NCBI GenBank assembly: GCA_050010135.1
Contig: JBEKLP010000003.1
Span: forward strand, 6,536 to 70,535
DNA: 64,000 nt
DNA from: Anaerolineales bacterium
Lineage (GTDB): Bacteria > Chloroflexota > Anaerolineae > Anaerolineales > RBG-16-64-43
Reading direction: 5' to 3'
Part shown: positions 7,783 to 16,315 of the stretch, piece by piece
How the letters are laid out: the number at the start of each line of letters is the position of its first letter
How positions within the stretch are numbered: position 1 is the stretch's first letter
Translations under genes and position numbers: made by a program
Notes under the pieces: model-generated
Databases searched by the model: none
Seen by the model: the letters and a program-made list of their open reading frames with translations, nothing else
What the model was told of the DNA's origin: nothing

Positions 7783-10215
7783 ATGAAAACCCCTCCAAAG
7801 AGGCTGCTCTACCCGTTGGCTGTTCTGGTGCTTGGCGCGTTGCTCTCGTCATGCGGAGGAGGAGGTCCTGCCCCCACCCCGACGCCCGTCGGCACGTTGA
7901 CCGTTAATTCGAACAACGACGCTGACGATGGAACATGCAACGCCGCGCACTGCAGCCTGCGCGAAGCCATTAATAAAGCCAAAACGCTGCCGGGAACCAC
8001 CACGATTAAGTTCAATATCGGCGGAGGTGGGCCGAGGATCATCAAGACTTTGTCCACTCTGCCGGAGGTCACTGTTCCCGTAGTGATCGACGGCACCTCT
8101 CAACCGTTTTTTGGTTCCACGCCGCTGATCGAATTGGACGGAAGCATGGTTGGTGGCGATTCCGTGGACGGCTTGGTTCTCAGCGGTGGAGACAGCGCCG
8201 TGAAGAGCTTGGCGGTCATCAACTTCAGCGGGCGCGGAATCCTGATTACCTCGCTTGGAAACAACACCATCGAGGGTTGTTATATCGGAATCAATATGTA
8301 TGGCGTGGAGGCGGGGAACCAGGCCGGCGGGATCGTGGTGGCCAGCGGCAACAATACAATCGGAGGGACGAACTTCGGCGTCACCCGAAACGTAATATCC
8401 GGCAACCACGGCGACGGCGTCGTACTCACCGGCTCCCTGAATTCCATCGAAGGAAACTTGATCGGCCTCAACGCCGCGGGAACCGCGGCGATCGGCAACC
8501 AGGGAAACGGTGTTCTCATCGACGGAAACATAAACATGGTCGGCGGAAATGTTCCGGAGGCGCGGAATATTATCTCGGGGAATGTCCAAAACGGGATCCG
8601 GATCGACTCCGACTCCGATGAAGTGCAAAGAAATTTCATCGGAACGGATATCTCCGGCATGGTCGCGGTGGGCAACCAAATGAGCGGGATATTTGTTTAT
8701 GGATTGGGGGCGGTGCAGATCGGAGGAATCGACTCCGGCAACATCATCTCCGCCAACGGACTGTTCGGGATCTGGCTGGATGATTCCACGAACGCCGCAT
8801 CGGTATTTGATAATCGGGTTGGGACGAATAAATCGGGAACCTCCGCCCTTGGGAACATCAAAGGCGGCATTCGCGTCGGCGGGACCAACCACCAGATCGG
8901 CGCCAGCGGGAAGGGGAACCTCATTTCGGGGAACGGTGGCGCGGGGATCGCGGTGGTGGCGCCCGCGACGGAAATCAAGATCCAGAACAATTTCATCGGC
9001 ACGAGCGCCGATGGAGAATCCGCCGTGGGGAACGACATCGGGGTGGAAGTCGGTCTGACGAGCGGGGCGTACAGCGTGCTGATCGGCGGCAGCCTGTACG
9101 GCGAGGGCAACTTGGTCTCCGGCAACCACGGGGAGGGCCTGTTGCTGTACAACAACGCCGATGTCACGGGGAACAGGATCGGCTTGGATCAAAGCGGCTT
9201 GAACGAGCTGCCCAACGGCGGTGACGGGATTCGGATCAAGGGCACCTTCAACCGGATCGGCACTCCCCATGATCCGAATTCCATCGCCCACAACGGCGGG
9301 CACGGCGTGGCGGTGATCACCGAGAGCGGCTCGGCCGTTAATAACACCTTGAGCGGGAACAACATTTGGGACAACGGCAAACTCGGGATCGCGCTAGGCG
9401 GGGATTCGGTGTTGGCCAACGACCCGGGCGACGCCGACACGGGCGATAACAACCTGCAGAATTACCCCGTGATGGTTTCGGCAATCCACGATCCGGCGAC
9501 GGCGCAGACGACCGTCACGGCCACCCTCGATAGTGCTCCGGAAACACTCTTTATGGTGGAATTCTTCGTCAATACTGCCTGCGACCCAACGGGTTACGGC
9601 GAAGGCGAACAGATGGTCGCGGATAAGACCGTGACCACGAACGCCAGCGGGCACGGCGACATCACGGCGGATTTCGAACCGGCTCATTTCCTGCCCGGCG
9701 GATACATCACCGCCACGGCCACCAGCTCAGGCGGTGACACGTCAGAATTCTCCAACTGCATTCCGGTGACGCAAGCGTCCGCATTCACGCCGACCGCCAC
9801 ATCCGGCGGGATGCAATTCAAACCCGGTGTCTCCCCGATGCAATTCTTCTTCGGCGGCTGTACGCCTGACCGCGCGCAGATCTCGCTGGAGGTGCTCAAT
9901 CCGCCGGAGGACATCAATTACATGCTGCTCTTCGTTCGATTGATGGATAAAAAATCGGGCGCGGCGGGCGCGTGGAGTGATGGATTAAGTATGTCGAAAT
10001 TGTCTTCGACGAAGTTCCTCTTCGATCTGACGCTCGACAAACTTCCGGATTATGAAAAATATCCGGACGCTTGGCTGCAATACCAGTTCGTAGCATACAG
10101 CAAGGCGCAGAAGGAGATCGGTCGGAGCGAAGTGTTCTGGGACGTAAGCTTCGGGCGCTGCGGCGGGGCGGCCATCACGCCCACGCCCACTCGGCCTCCG
10201 TCCACCCATGGTTAA
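7783..10215 (+). CDS. secreted lipoprotein: CSLREA N-terminal domain plus right-handed parallel beta-helix repeats plus unassigned C-terminal module
   Basis: AAGGAG RBS. Lipobox LLSSCGG followed by a PTPTP linker. Literal CSLREAINKA motif. Many NxIxGN..xGI beta-helix repeats. DPGDADTGDNNLQNYP segment. Confidence 0.8.
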   Translation: MKTPPKRLLYPLAVLVLGALLSSCGGGGPAPTPTPVGTLTVNSNNDADDGTCNAAHCSLREAINKAKTLPGTTTIKFNIGGGGPRIIKTLSTLPEVTVPVVIDGTSQPFFGSTPLIELDGSMVGGDSVDGLVLSGGDSAVKSLAVINFSGRGILITSLGNNTIEGCYIGINMYGVEAGNQAGGIVVASGNNTIGGTNFGVTRNVISGNHGDGVVLTGSLNSIEGNLIGLNAAGTAAIGNQGNGVLIDGNINMVGGNVPEARNIISGNVQNGIRIDSDSDEVQRNFIGTDISGMVAVGNQMSGIFVYGLGAVQIGGIDSGNIISANGLFGIWLDDSTNAASVFDNRVGTNKSGTSALGNIKGGIRVGGTNHQIGASGKGNLISGNGGAGIAVVAPATEIKIQNNFIGTSADGESAVGNDIGVEVGLTSGAYSVLIGGSLYGEGNLVSGNHGEGLLLYNNADVTGNRIGLDQSGLNELPNGGDGIRIKGTFNRIGTPHDPNSIAHNGGHGVAVITESGSAVNNTLSGNNIWDNGKLGIALGGDSVLANDPGDADTGDNNLQNYPVMVSAIHDPATAQTTVTATLDSAPETLFMVEFFVNTACDPTGYGEGEQMVADKTVTTNASGHGDITADFEPAHFLPGGYITATATSSGGDTSEFSNCIPVTQASAFTPTATSGGMQFKPGVSPMQFFFGGCTPDRAQISLEVLNPPEDINYMLLFVRLMDKKSGAAGAWSDGLSMSKLSSTKFLFDLTLDKLPDYEKYPDAWLQYQFVAYSKAQKEIGRSEVFWDVSFGRCGGAAITPTPTRPPSTHG

Positions 10216-10269
10216 AAATCCGCGCGCTTTTCGAGCAGCGCACGGGCTTCGGGGATAAAGGAGCGGCCT

Positions 10270-12720
10270 ATGAAAAAGTCACTTTGTCTTTCGGTCGCGG
10301 CGTTTGCCGTCTGTTGGTGGCTGTCGTCCTGCGGCGGAGGACCGGCTCCCACGCCGACCCCCTCTTCTGAGATTGTGGTTAATTCCACGGGTGACGAAGG
10401 CCAGGGCCTTTGCGATCATCCGGAGGAAACCTGCACCCTGCGCGAGGCGATCCAGCACGCCAACCATCTGCCGGGTACGATACTGATACGCTTCAACATC
10501 CCCGGATCGGGATTGCGGATGATTCAGCCGAATTCGGCGCTGCCGGCGATCACCAACACGATAATCCTCGACGGCACCACCCAGCCGGGGTACGTCGGCA
10601 CCCCCTTGATCGAAATCGAAGGCAGCCTGACTTCCGCCACGCCGGGCCTGATGATCGACGGCCCGGGCAGCGCGGTGAAAGGGCTGATCATCGTCGATTT
10701 TAAAATGGACGGGATCGACGTCCGCGCGCCGAACGTGATCCTCGCGGGGAACTACATCGGCACCGACGGCGGGGCGGACGTGAACATGCGCAACGATCGT
10801 TGGGGGATCGACGTCACCTGTGCCCCGTCGGCCGCCCCCTCGGGAGTTGTCATCGGGGGAAGCATGGCCGGAGACCGCAACGTGATTTCCAACAACGGTT
10901 TCGGCGGGATCAACTTCGACGTAGGCATGTGCGATAGTTTCGACGCCAAGGCGACGGTCGCGGGCAATTACATCGGGACCGCCGCCGCCGGGGCGCAAGC
11001 CCTGGGAAATCACGGACCGGGAATCTCCATCAACCGCGTTTCCGACGTCACCGTGGGGGGAACCGCCTCCGGCGCCGGGAACCTCATCTCCGCCAACACG
11101 GGGAACGGTGTGGAGGTCAAGGGCCCCAGCGCGAAAACCAGCATCCAGGGGAATTCCATCGGCACCAACGCCGCGGGAGATGCGGCGCTCGGCAACCAAG
11201 CCAACGGCGTCTACAGCGAGGGCGATGAGACGCTGATCGGAGGCGAAACCGCGGGTGCGCGCAACCTGATCTCGGGCAACGCAGTGCACGGCGTCTCGAT
11301 CCAACAGGGGCCGGCGCTGGTCGAAGGCAACTGGATCGGACTGAACCGCGCCGGAACGGGCGCGCTCGGAAACGCCGTCGGCGTAGAGGCGCGCTCGTGC
11401 GTGGCGACCGTACAGATCGGGGGGGATACGACCGGCGCGCGGAACGTCATTTCTGGCAACCTAGCCGAGGGAATCCTCGTCGAGGATATCAACTGCGACA
11501 GCGGGCAGGTGAACATCTACGGCAATTATGTTGGTACCGATCCGAACGGCACCGCGGCGATCGGCAATTTGGACGGCATCCACGTCATGGCGGCGCACGT
11601 CGTCATCGGCGGGGAATCGGGACAGTTCCGCAACAAAATCTCCGGGAACCACGATAACGGCGTCGTCATTGAGCGGGATCACACCCAGGTGATCGGAAAC
11701 TTCATCGGCACCGAGGTGAACGGCCTTTCCGCCCTGGCTAACGAATACAATGGCGTGGTGATCCGCGGAACGGCGAGCGACAATCTGGTGAAATTCAACA
11801 CCGTCGCCTATAACGGCGGGTTTGGCGTGTGGATCATGGGGTCTGGGATGGGAAACCGCGTAACTCAGAACCACATCCACGACAACGGAACCCTGGGAAT
11901 CGCGATCGACGAGCCGAACGTCATCCCCAATGATCCGCTGGACGCCGATACGGGAGCGAACGGCCGACAGAATTTCCCGACGGTGCAATCTGCCTTTATC
12001 AGCGGGGACAACGACGTCGTCATGGGCACGATGCATGGCGCCGCGAACACCACTTATCAAATTGAAATATTCGCCAATGACGCATGCGACCCGACCGGGT
12101 ACGGGGAAGGCCAGCGCTTCATGGTGGACACCACCGCGACGACCGACGGCGCCGGCGAGGCGGAGTTCCATGGCGGGATCTCCGTCTCCAGTTTCCTGCT
12201 AACCCCGGGAATGTTCACCACCGCCACGGCCACCGATCCGGACGGCAACACGTCCGGCTTCTCGCAGTGCGTGGAGGTGACGGAGGCACCCACGCCCACG
12301 CTGGCTCCTACCTCCGGCGGAATGCAGTTCAAGCCCACGGTGAACCCGATGGCGTTCTTCTACGGCGGCTGCACGCCCGGCAGCGCGGATTTCTCGCTGG
12401 ATGTGCTCGATCCGCCTGAACCGATCGACTACACGCTCCTCTTCGTGCGTGTGGTGGACAAGAAATCCGGCGAAGCCGGCGCATGGAGCCAGGGGTTGAG
12501 CATGTCGAAACTGGGGCCGACGAAATTCTTCTTCACCCTGACGCTCGATAAGATTCCGGATTACGGAAAATTCGCCGACGCCTGGCTGCAATACCAGTTC
12601 GTCGCCTACAACAAAGCGCAGAAGGAGATCGGCCGAAGCGGCGTTTATTCCGACGTCACTCTGGGCAAGTGCGGCGGAGCGGGGGTTACTCCGGCGAAAA
12701 AGCCGGGCACGACGGGGTAA
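10270..12720 (+). CDS. paralogous CSLREA/beta-helix lipoprotein
   Basis: AAGGAG RBS, lipobox WLSSCGG, CTLREAIQHAN motif. Same repeat architecture and same C-terminal module as the preceding gene. Confidence 0.8.
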   Translation: MKKSLCLSVAAFAVCWWLSSCGGGPAPTPTPSSEIVVNSTGDEGQGLCDHPEETCTLREAIQHANHLPGTILIRFNIPGSGLRMIQPNSALPAITNTIILDGTTQPGYVGTPLIEIEGSLTSATPGLMIDGPGSAVKGLIIVDFKMDGIDVRAPNVILAGNYIGTDGGADVNMRNDRWGIDVTCAPSAAPSGVVIGGSMAGDRNVISNNGFGGINFDVGMCDSFDAKATVAGNYIGTAAAGAQALGNHGPGISINRVSDVTVGGTASGAGNLISANTGNGVEVKGPSAKTSIQGNSIGTNAAGDAALGNQANGVYSEGDETLIGGETAGARNLISGNAVHGVSIQQGPALVEGNWIGLNRAGTGALGNAVGVEARSCVATVQIGGDTTGARNVISGNLAEGILVEDINCDSGQVNIYGNYVGTDPNGTAAIGNLDGIHVMAAHVVIGGESGQFRNKISGNHDNGVVIERDHTQVIGNFIGTEVNGLSALANEYNGVVIRGTASDNLVKFNTVAYNGGFGVWIMGSGMGNRVTQNHIHDNGTLGIAIDEPNVIPNDPLDADTGANGRQNFPTVQSAFISGDNDVVMGTMHGAANTTYQIEIFANDACDPTGYGEGQRFMVDTTATTDGAGEAEFHGGISVSSFLLTPGMFTTATATDPDGNTSGFSQCVEVTEAPTPTLAPTSGGMQFKPTVNPMAFFYGGCTPGSADFSLDVLDPPEPIDYTLLFVRVVDKKSGEAGAWSQGLSMSKLGPTKFFFTLTLDKIPDYGKFADAWLQYQFVAYNKAQKEIGRSGVYSDVTLGKCGGAGVTPAKKPGTTG

Positions 12721-12850
12721 GTTTCCAAAAAGCCGGCCTCCCTAATCGGCAAGCCGATCTTTTTATTTTAAGTCGTATTGACTACGGAATTATCCAGAGG
12801 ATGCATACAGAAAAAATTCATGGAATAATTTAGAAGGGATCAGAAGCTAT

Positions 12851-12958
12851 CCCATCTTTCCTCTCCTCGCCCTCCCTCCTTCCCGTCTCACGGGAAGGAG
12901 GGAGGGGTATATTCAACACAATGAATGATGGCCCGGATAAAAGGAGAGGGAGGATGGG
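12851..12958. repeat. nested polypyrimidine/polypurine palindromic element between convergent genes
   Basis: Perfect 16-bp stem CCCTCCCTCCTTCCCG (12870-12885) paired with CGGGAAGGAGGGAGGG (12891-12906), 5-nt loop. Imperfect outer arms: CCCATCTTTCCTCTCCT (12851-12867) and AGGAGAGGGAGGATGGG (12942-12958). Confidence 0.8.
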
Positions 12959-13043
12959 ATGGGGCGCGCTCTCTGGGAAGTAGGTCAAAGACGGCCCAGT
13001 TATTGATTATTATTTTTATGCTAAGTTGAAAATTTGGTGAAGC

Positions 13044-14189
13044 TCAATCCCGCACATACACCCGCGGCATGCGCGCGCTGACGCCGGTGATCACTTCGTA
13101 ATTGATCGTCCCCCAGCGTGCGGCCACTTCCTCGGCCCGGATCTCCTCCTCGCCCTGCCGGCCGATCAACACCACTTCGGTGCCCAGCGAGGCGCCCTCG
13201 GGCAGTTTGACCATGCACTGATCCATGCATACCCGGCCGATTACCGGAACACGCTTCCCGTGCAGCAGCACGACGTTCGACCGGTTGCGCCGCCAGCCGT
13301 CGGCATATCCCACGGGGATCACGCCCACCGTTTCCTCCCCGGCGGTGTGATATTCCATACCATAGCTGACGCCCCATCCCGGAGGCAGCACCTTGCAGGA
13401 TACCAGGCGCGCTTTCCAGGATAATGCGGGGCGGAAGGATAACGGCAGGCGAACTTGGGGAGAAGGGTGGACGCCGTACATGGCCAGGCCGTTGCGGACC
13501 ATATTGAACCGCGCTTGCGGAAACGCCAGCGTGGCGGCGGAGTTGGCGGCGTGAATCCACGCCGGACGGATGCCTATCCCCTGCAACGCTTCCAGCGTGG
13601 AGGTGAATTTTGCCAATTGGGATTCGGTTGGGGCCGGGTTTTCCTCGTCGGCGCAGGCCAGGTGGGTGAACACCCCTTCCAGATGCATCGACGGCAGGGA
13701 GGTGATGTTGCGCGCCAAGGCGAGGGTCGGTTCGCCCGGTAATGTACCCAGACGGCCCATCCCGGTATCCACCTTCAGATGCACGCATACCGACCGGCCG
13801 AGGGCTGTTGCGCGCGCAGAATATAACTCCGCGGACTCCTGGCAATAGACGGTCAAGGAAAGTCCCGCGGCGATGGCTTCATCGGCTTCCTGAGCGGTGA
13901 CCATCCCCAGAACGAGGATCGGTGCGGCGATGCCGGCCTCGCGCAACACGAGCGCTTCTTCCGCGCAGGAGACCGCCAACCAGGATGAGCCGGCGGCAAG
14001 CGCTGCGCGCGAAACCTCGACCGCGCCGTGCCCGTAGCCGTTGGCTTTTACCACCGCCATGATCGGGACGCCCGCGATCGTGCGAAGGGCGCGCACATTA
14101 TCTTCGATGGCGCCGAGGTTGATTTCGATCCAAGTGAAGATAGGAGATTTGATCAACGATGTGCTCCCGATAACTCCGGAGAATTCCAT
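13044..14189 (-). CDS. alr: alanine racemase
   Basis: PLP-lysine motif AVVKANGYGHG plus conserved C-terminal YGMEY...PVGYADG...VCMDQ. The start is moved to MEFSG (ATG 14189), giving 381 aa; the track ORF extends 86 codons further upstream with no homology-like sequence. Confidence 0.9.
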   Translation of the reverse strand: MEFSGVIGSTSLIKSPIFTWIEINLGAIEDNVRALRTIAGVPIMAVVKANGYGHGAVEVSRAALAAGSSWLAVSCAEEALVLREAGIAAPILVLGMVTAQEADEAIAAGLSLTVYCQESAELYSARATALGRSVCVHLKVDTGMGRLGTLPGEPTLALARNITSLPSMHLEGVFTHLACADEENPAPTESQLAKFTSTLEALQGIGIRPAWIHAANSAATLAFPQARFNMVRNGLAMYGVHPSPQVRLPLSFRPALSWKARLVSCKVLPPGWGVSYGMEYHTAGEETVGVIPVGYADGWRRNRSNVVLLHGKRVPVIGRVCMDQCMVKLPEGASLGTEVVLIGRQGEEEIRAEEVAARWGTINYEVITGVSARMPRVYVRD

Positions 14190-14466
14190 TGACAAGGGTT
14201 TCCGGGTGGTGAGGGCCTTCTTATAAACGAATTTACTTTGAATTGCAACTGAAGGTCGTCTTCTCCTTTTGAACTGCTCTTGCCCGGATCGGGAATCCAC
14301 GCCGGGAGCATTTCGTCCCATGGGATGAAATGATGTGGCATAGAATATGCAACAGGAACCGATAACATAAATCGACCGTCTGGAGATAATCAAGACGGGC
14401 CGCCGCCCCGGAGTCCGGGACGGGCTGCAAAAGAACCGCCGGTACACTCAAATCGGACGCCCGGTA

Positions 14467-14472
14467 TATAAT
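14467..14472 (+). promoter_or_regulatory. candidate -10 box (TATAAT) for the tRNA-Leu gene
   Basis: Consensus TATAAT hexamer 15 nt upstream of the tRNA 5' end. Only a weak -35 (TACACT/ACACTC) at 17-18 nt spacing. Confidence 0.35.
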
Positions 14473-14487
14473 AAAGCGGTGCGGTTT

Positions 14488-14572
14488 GGGGCGATGGCGG
14501 AACTGGCAGACGCAGGGGACTTAAAATCCCCCGGGGCAACCCCCCTTGTGGGTTCAATTCCCACCCGCCCCA
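14488..14572 (+). tRNA. tRNA-Leu (anticodon UAA), class II with long variable arm; CCA not encoded
   Basis: Hand-folded cloverleaf. Acceptor GGGGCGA/CCGCCCC has one A7-C66 mismatch. D-arm GCGG-AACTGGCAGA-CGC. Anticodon stem GGGGA/TCCCC with loop CTTAAAA. T-arm GTGGG-TTCAATT-CCCAC. Discriminator A. Confidence 0.85.
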
Positions 14573-14651
14573 CAAGGAAGGAAGAGGTCAGCCCCCGGGG
14601 ATTTCCGGTTCCGCGCAGGCCGGACGGTCTCTGGAAAAAAGGAGAGATGCT

Positions 14652-15935
14652 ATGAAAAAAACAACTCGCAATCAAATCTGGGCGGCTGGTATTCTGGCAG
14701 TGTTTTTGGGCGCGTGTGCCCTGCCGATGTCGTCCACCCCGACGCAATTCGTGTTCCCCACCCCCAACCTGACGATGACGGCGCTGTTCCAGATTCCGCC
14801 GACAGCGACCACGGGGGCTGTGGCGACCGTCGCGCCAGCGACGGCGACCCCGGGGACACCGACGGTCACCCCCTCGCCGACGGCCCCCAATTGCACCAAC
14901 GTTGCCCAGTTCGTCAGCGAAACCATCCCGGACTTGACGTTAATCAATCCGGGTACGGCTTTTGTTAAGACCTGGACATTAAAGAACACAGGGACTTGCA
15001 CTTGGGGAGCCGGCTACGCCCTGGTGTTCGACAACGGCGATCAAATGGGCGGCCCCGCTACCGTGCCGCTCACAGCGAGCGTCCCTCCCAACGCACTCTA
15101 CACCTTTGCCGTGAATCTCACCGCGCCTGCAACCAGCGGCCAATATAAGGGATTCTGGAAGCTTCAGACTCCCCAGAACGTGCGGTTTGGGATTAACGCG
15201 CCCAACCAGGATTTTTGGGTGCAGATCACCACGGTCCCGCTCGCTCCGCCTGTTCCGGCGTGCAATGCGCAAAACCGACGGCCGGACGCCAACGGTTCGC
15301 TGATCGAGGCGTATCAAACCGGCGGCACCCCGCCGATCATCGACTGGAATAACATTGCCACCGACTGGACCATTCCGCTGATCGATTCCGTGACCACCAA
15401 GGTCTTTGGGACCACATCGGAAACCGCACGGTTCACGCTAAAATGGGATTCCGAAAATCTCTATTTGGCGGTCCAGGTCGTCGATGGCACAATCAAACAG
15501 GATACGTCGCAGGGCGCCGATATGTATAAGGGCGATAGCATCGAAATCCTCCTCGACACGGATCTCAAGGGCGATTACTGCGACACCGGAATGAGCAGCG
15601 ACGATTATCAGTTTGGGATCTCCCCTGGATCCGGGGCAACCTCTCCTGCGTCGTATTTGTGGTATCCGCTCGCAAAAGCAGGTTCCAAGGTAGTCACCGC
15701 TTCCGCCAGCCCCATGCTAGGGGGCTGGGAAATGATAGCCAGAATCCCTTGGAATATCTTCGGGATTACGCCCTCCGGCGGTGAATACTACGGATTCGCC
15801 TTCTCCGTATCCGACGACAATAATCCTTCGCTGAACGAACAGGATGGCATGATTTCCACCGCTCCCAAACGCCTCTATCCCTCCAACCCAACGCTTTGGG
15901 GAACATTGGAAATAGAGGTTAAAACCGGACCGTAA
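14652..15935 (+). CDS. secreted lipoprotein with NBR1-FW-like Ig domain and CBM9-like carbohydrate-binding domain
   Basis: AGGAGA RBS, lipobox FLGACA, T/P-rich linker. FVSETIPD..INPGTAFVKTWTLKNTGTCTW resembles the Nbr1 FW domain. WDSENLYLAVQVVD...GDSIEILLD resembles CBM9. Confidence 0.75.
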   Translation: MKKTTRNQIWAAGILAVFLGACALPMSSTPTQFVFPTPNLTMTALFQIPPTATTGAVATVAPATATPGTPTVTPSPTAPNCTNVAQFVSETIPDLTLINPGTAFVKTWTLKNTGTCTWGAGYALVFDNGDQMGGPATVPLTASVPPNALYTFAVNLTAPATSGQYKGFWKLQTPQNVRFGINAPNQDFWVQITTVPLAPPVPACNAQNRRPDANGSLIEAYQTGGTPPIIDWNNIATDWTIPLIDSVTTKVFGTTSETARFTLKWDSENLYLAVQVVDGTIKQDTSQGADMYKGDSIEILLDTDLKGDYCDTGMSSDDYQFGISPGSGATSPASYLWYPLAKAGSKVVTASASPMLGGWEMIARIPWNIFGITPSGGEYYGFAFSVSDDNNPSLNEQDGMISTAPKRLYPSNPTLWGTLEIEVKTGP

Positions 15936-15957
15936 AGAGAAGGGTCTGTTTTTCAAA

Positions 15958-15989
15958 AGAGGCGGACATTTTGCCCGCCTCTTTTTTTT
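15958..15989 (+). terminator. rho-independent terminator
   Basis: AGAGGCGG / CCGCCTCT stem, 9-nt loop, followed by a T8 run. Confidence 0.8.
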
Positions 15990-16315
15990 AAAATAAGGGA
16001 GTACCGTATGAGATGCAGATCCGTGAAATGGGAAACAACAACGGCTCCAGTTCGCCACAAGGTCACCCAGGAACCTCCCAGTATTGCGCTATCCCAATCG
16101 GGATGGCAATTTTTTCCTGTACTATGCATTAGCGCCAGCCGATGGCCCGATATATAATGGGGCGAGAAATCCTTCGGAGCACCGCAAGTCGAAAAAGGCG
16201 GCGAACGCGCGCCAGGCACCGGATTTCCTTATCGGTCGAATTCCCTCCGCGATACTGGAAACGCAACCGCCTTCCTCTCGCTGACCGAATGGCCTCATCC
16301 AAAGGCAGAGAAATC

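Noticed and set aside
14190-14447. 86-codon N-terminal extension of alr. Similar track-start extensions occur at 16142-16315, 24917-24952, 38285-38305 and 54765-54812.
   Set aside because: The extensions have no homology-like sequence and overlap upstream genes or regulatory elements. Internal starts align with paralogs or orthologous N-termini and have better RBSs.
14488-14572. tRNA-Leu as a possible integration hotspot flanked by a genomic island.
   Set aside because: There is no integrase, no direct repeat of the tRNA 3' end, and no mobile-element genes on either side. The flanking genes are alr and envelope lipoproteins with host-like composition.
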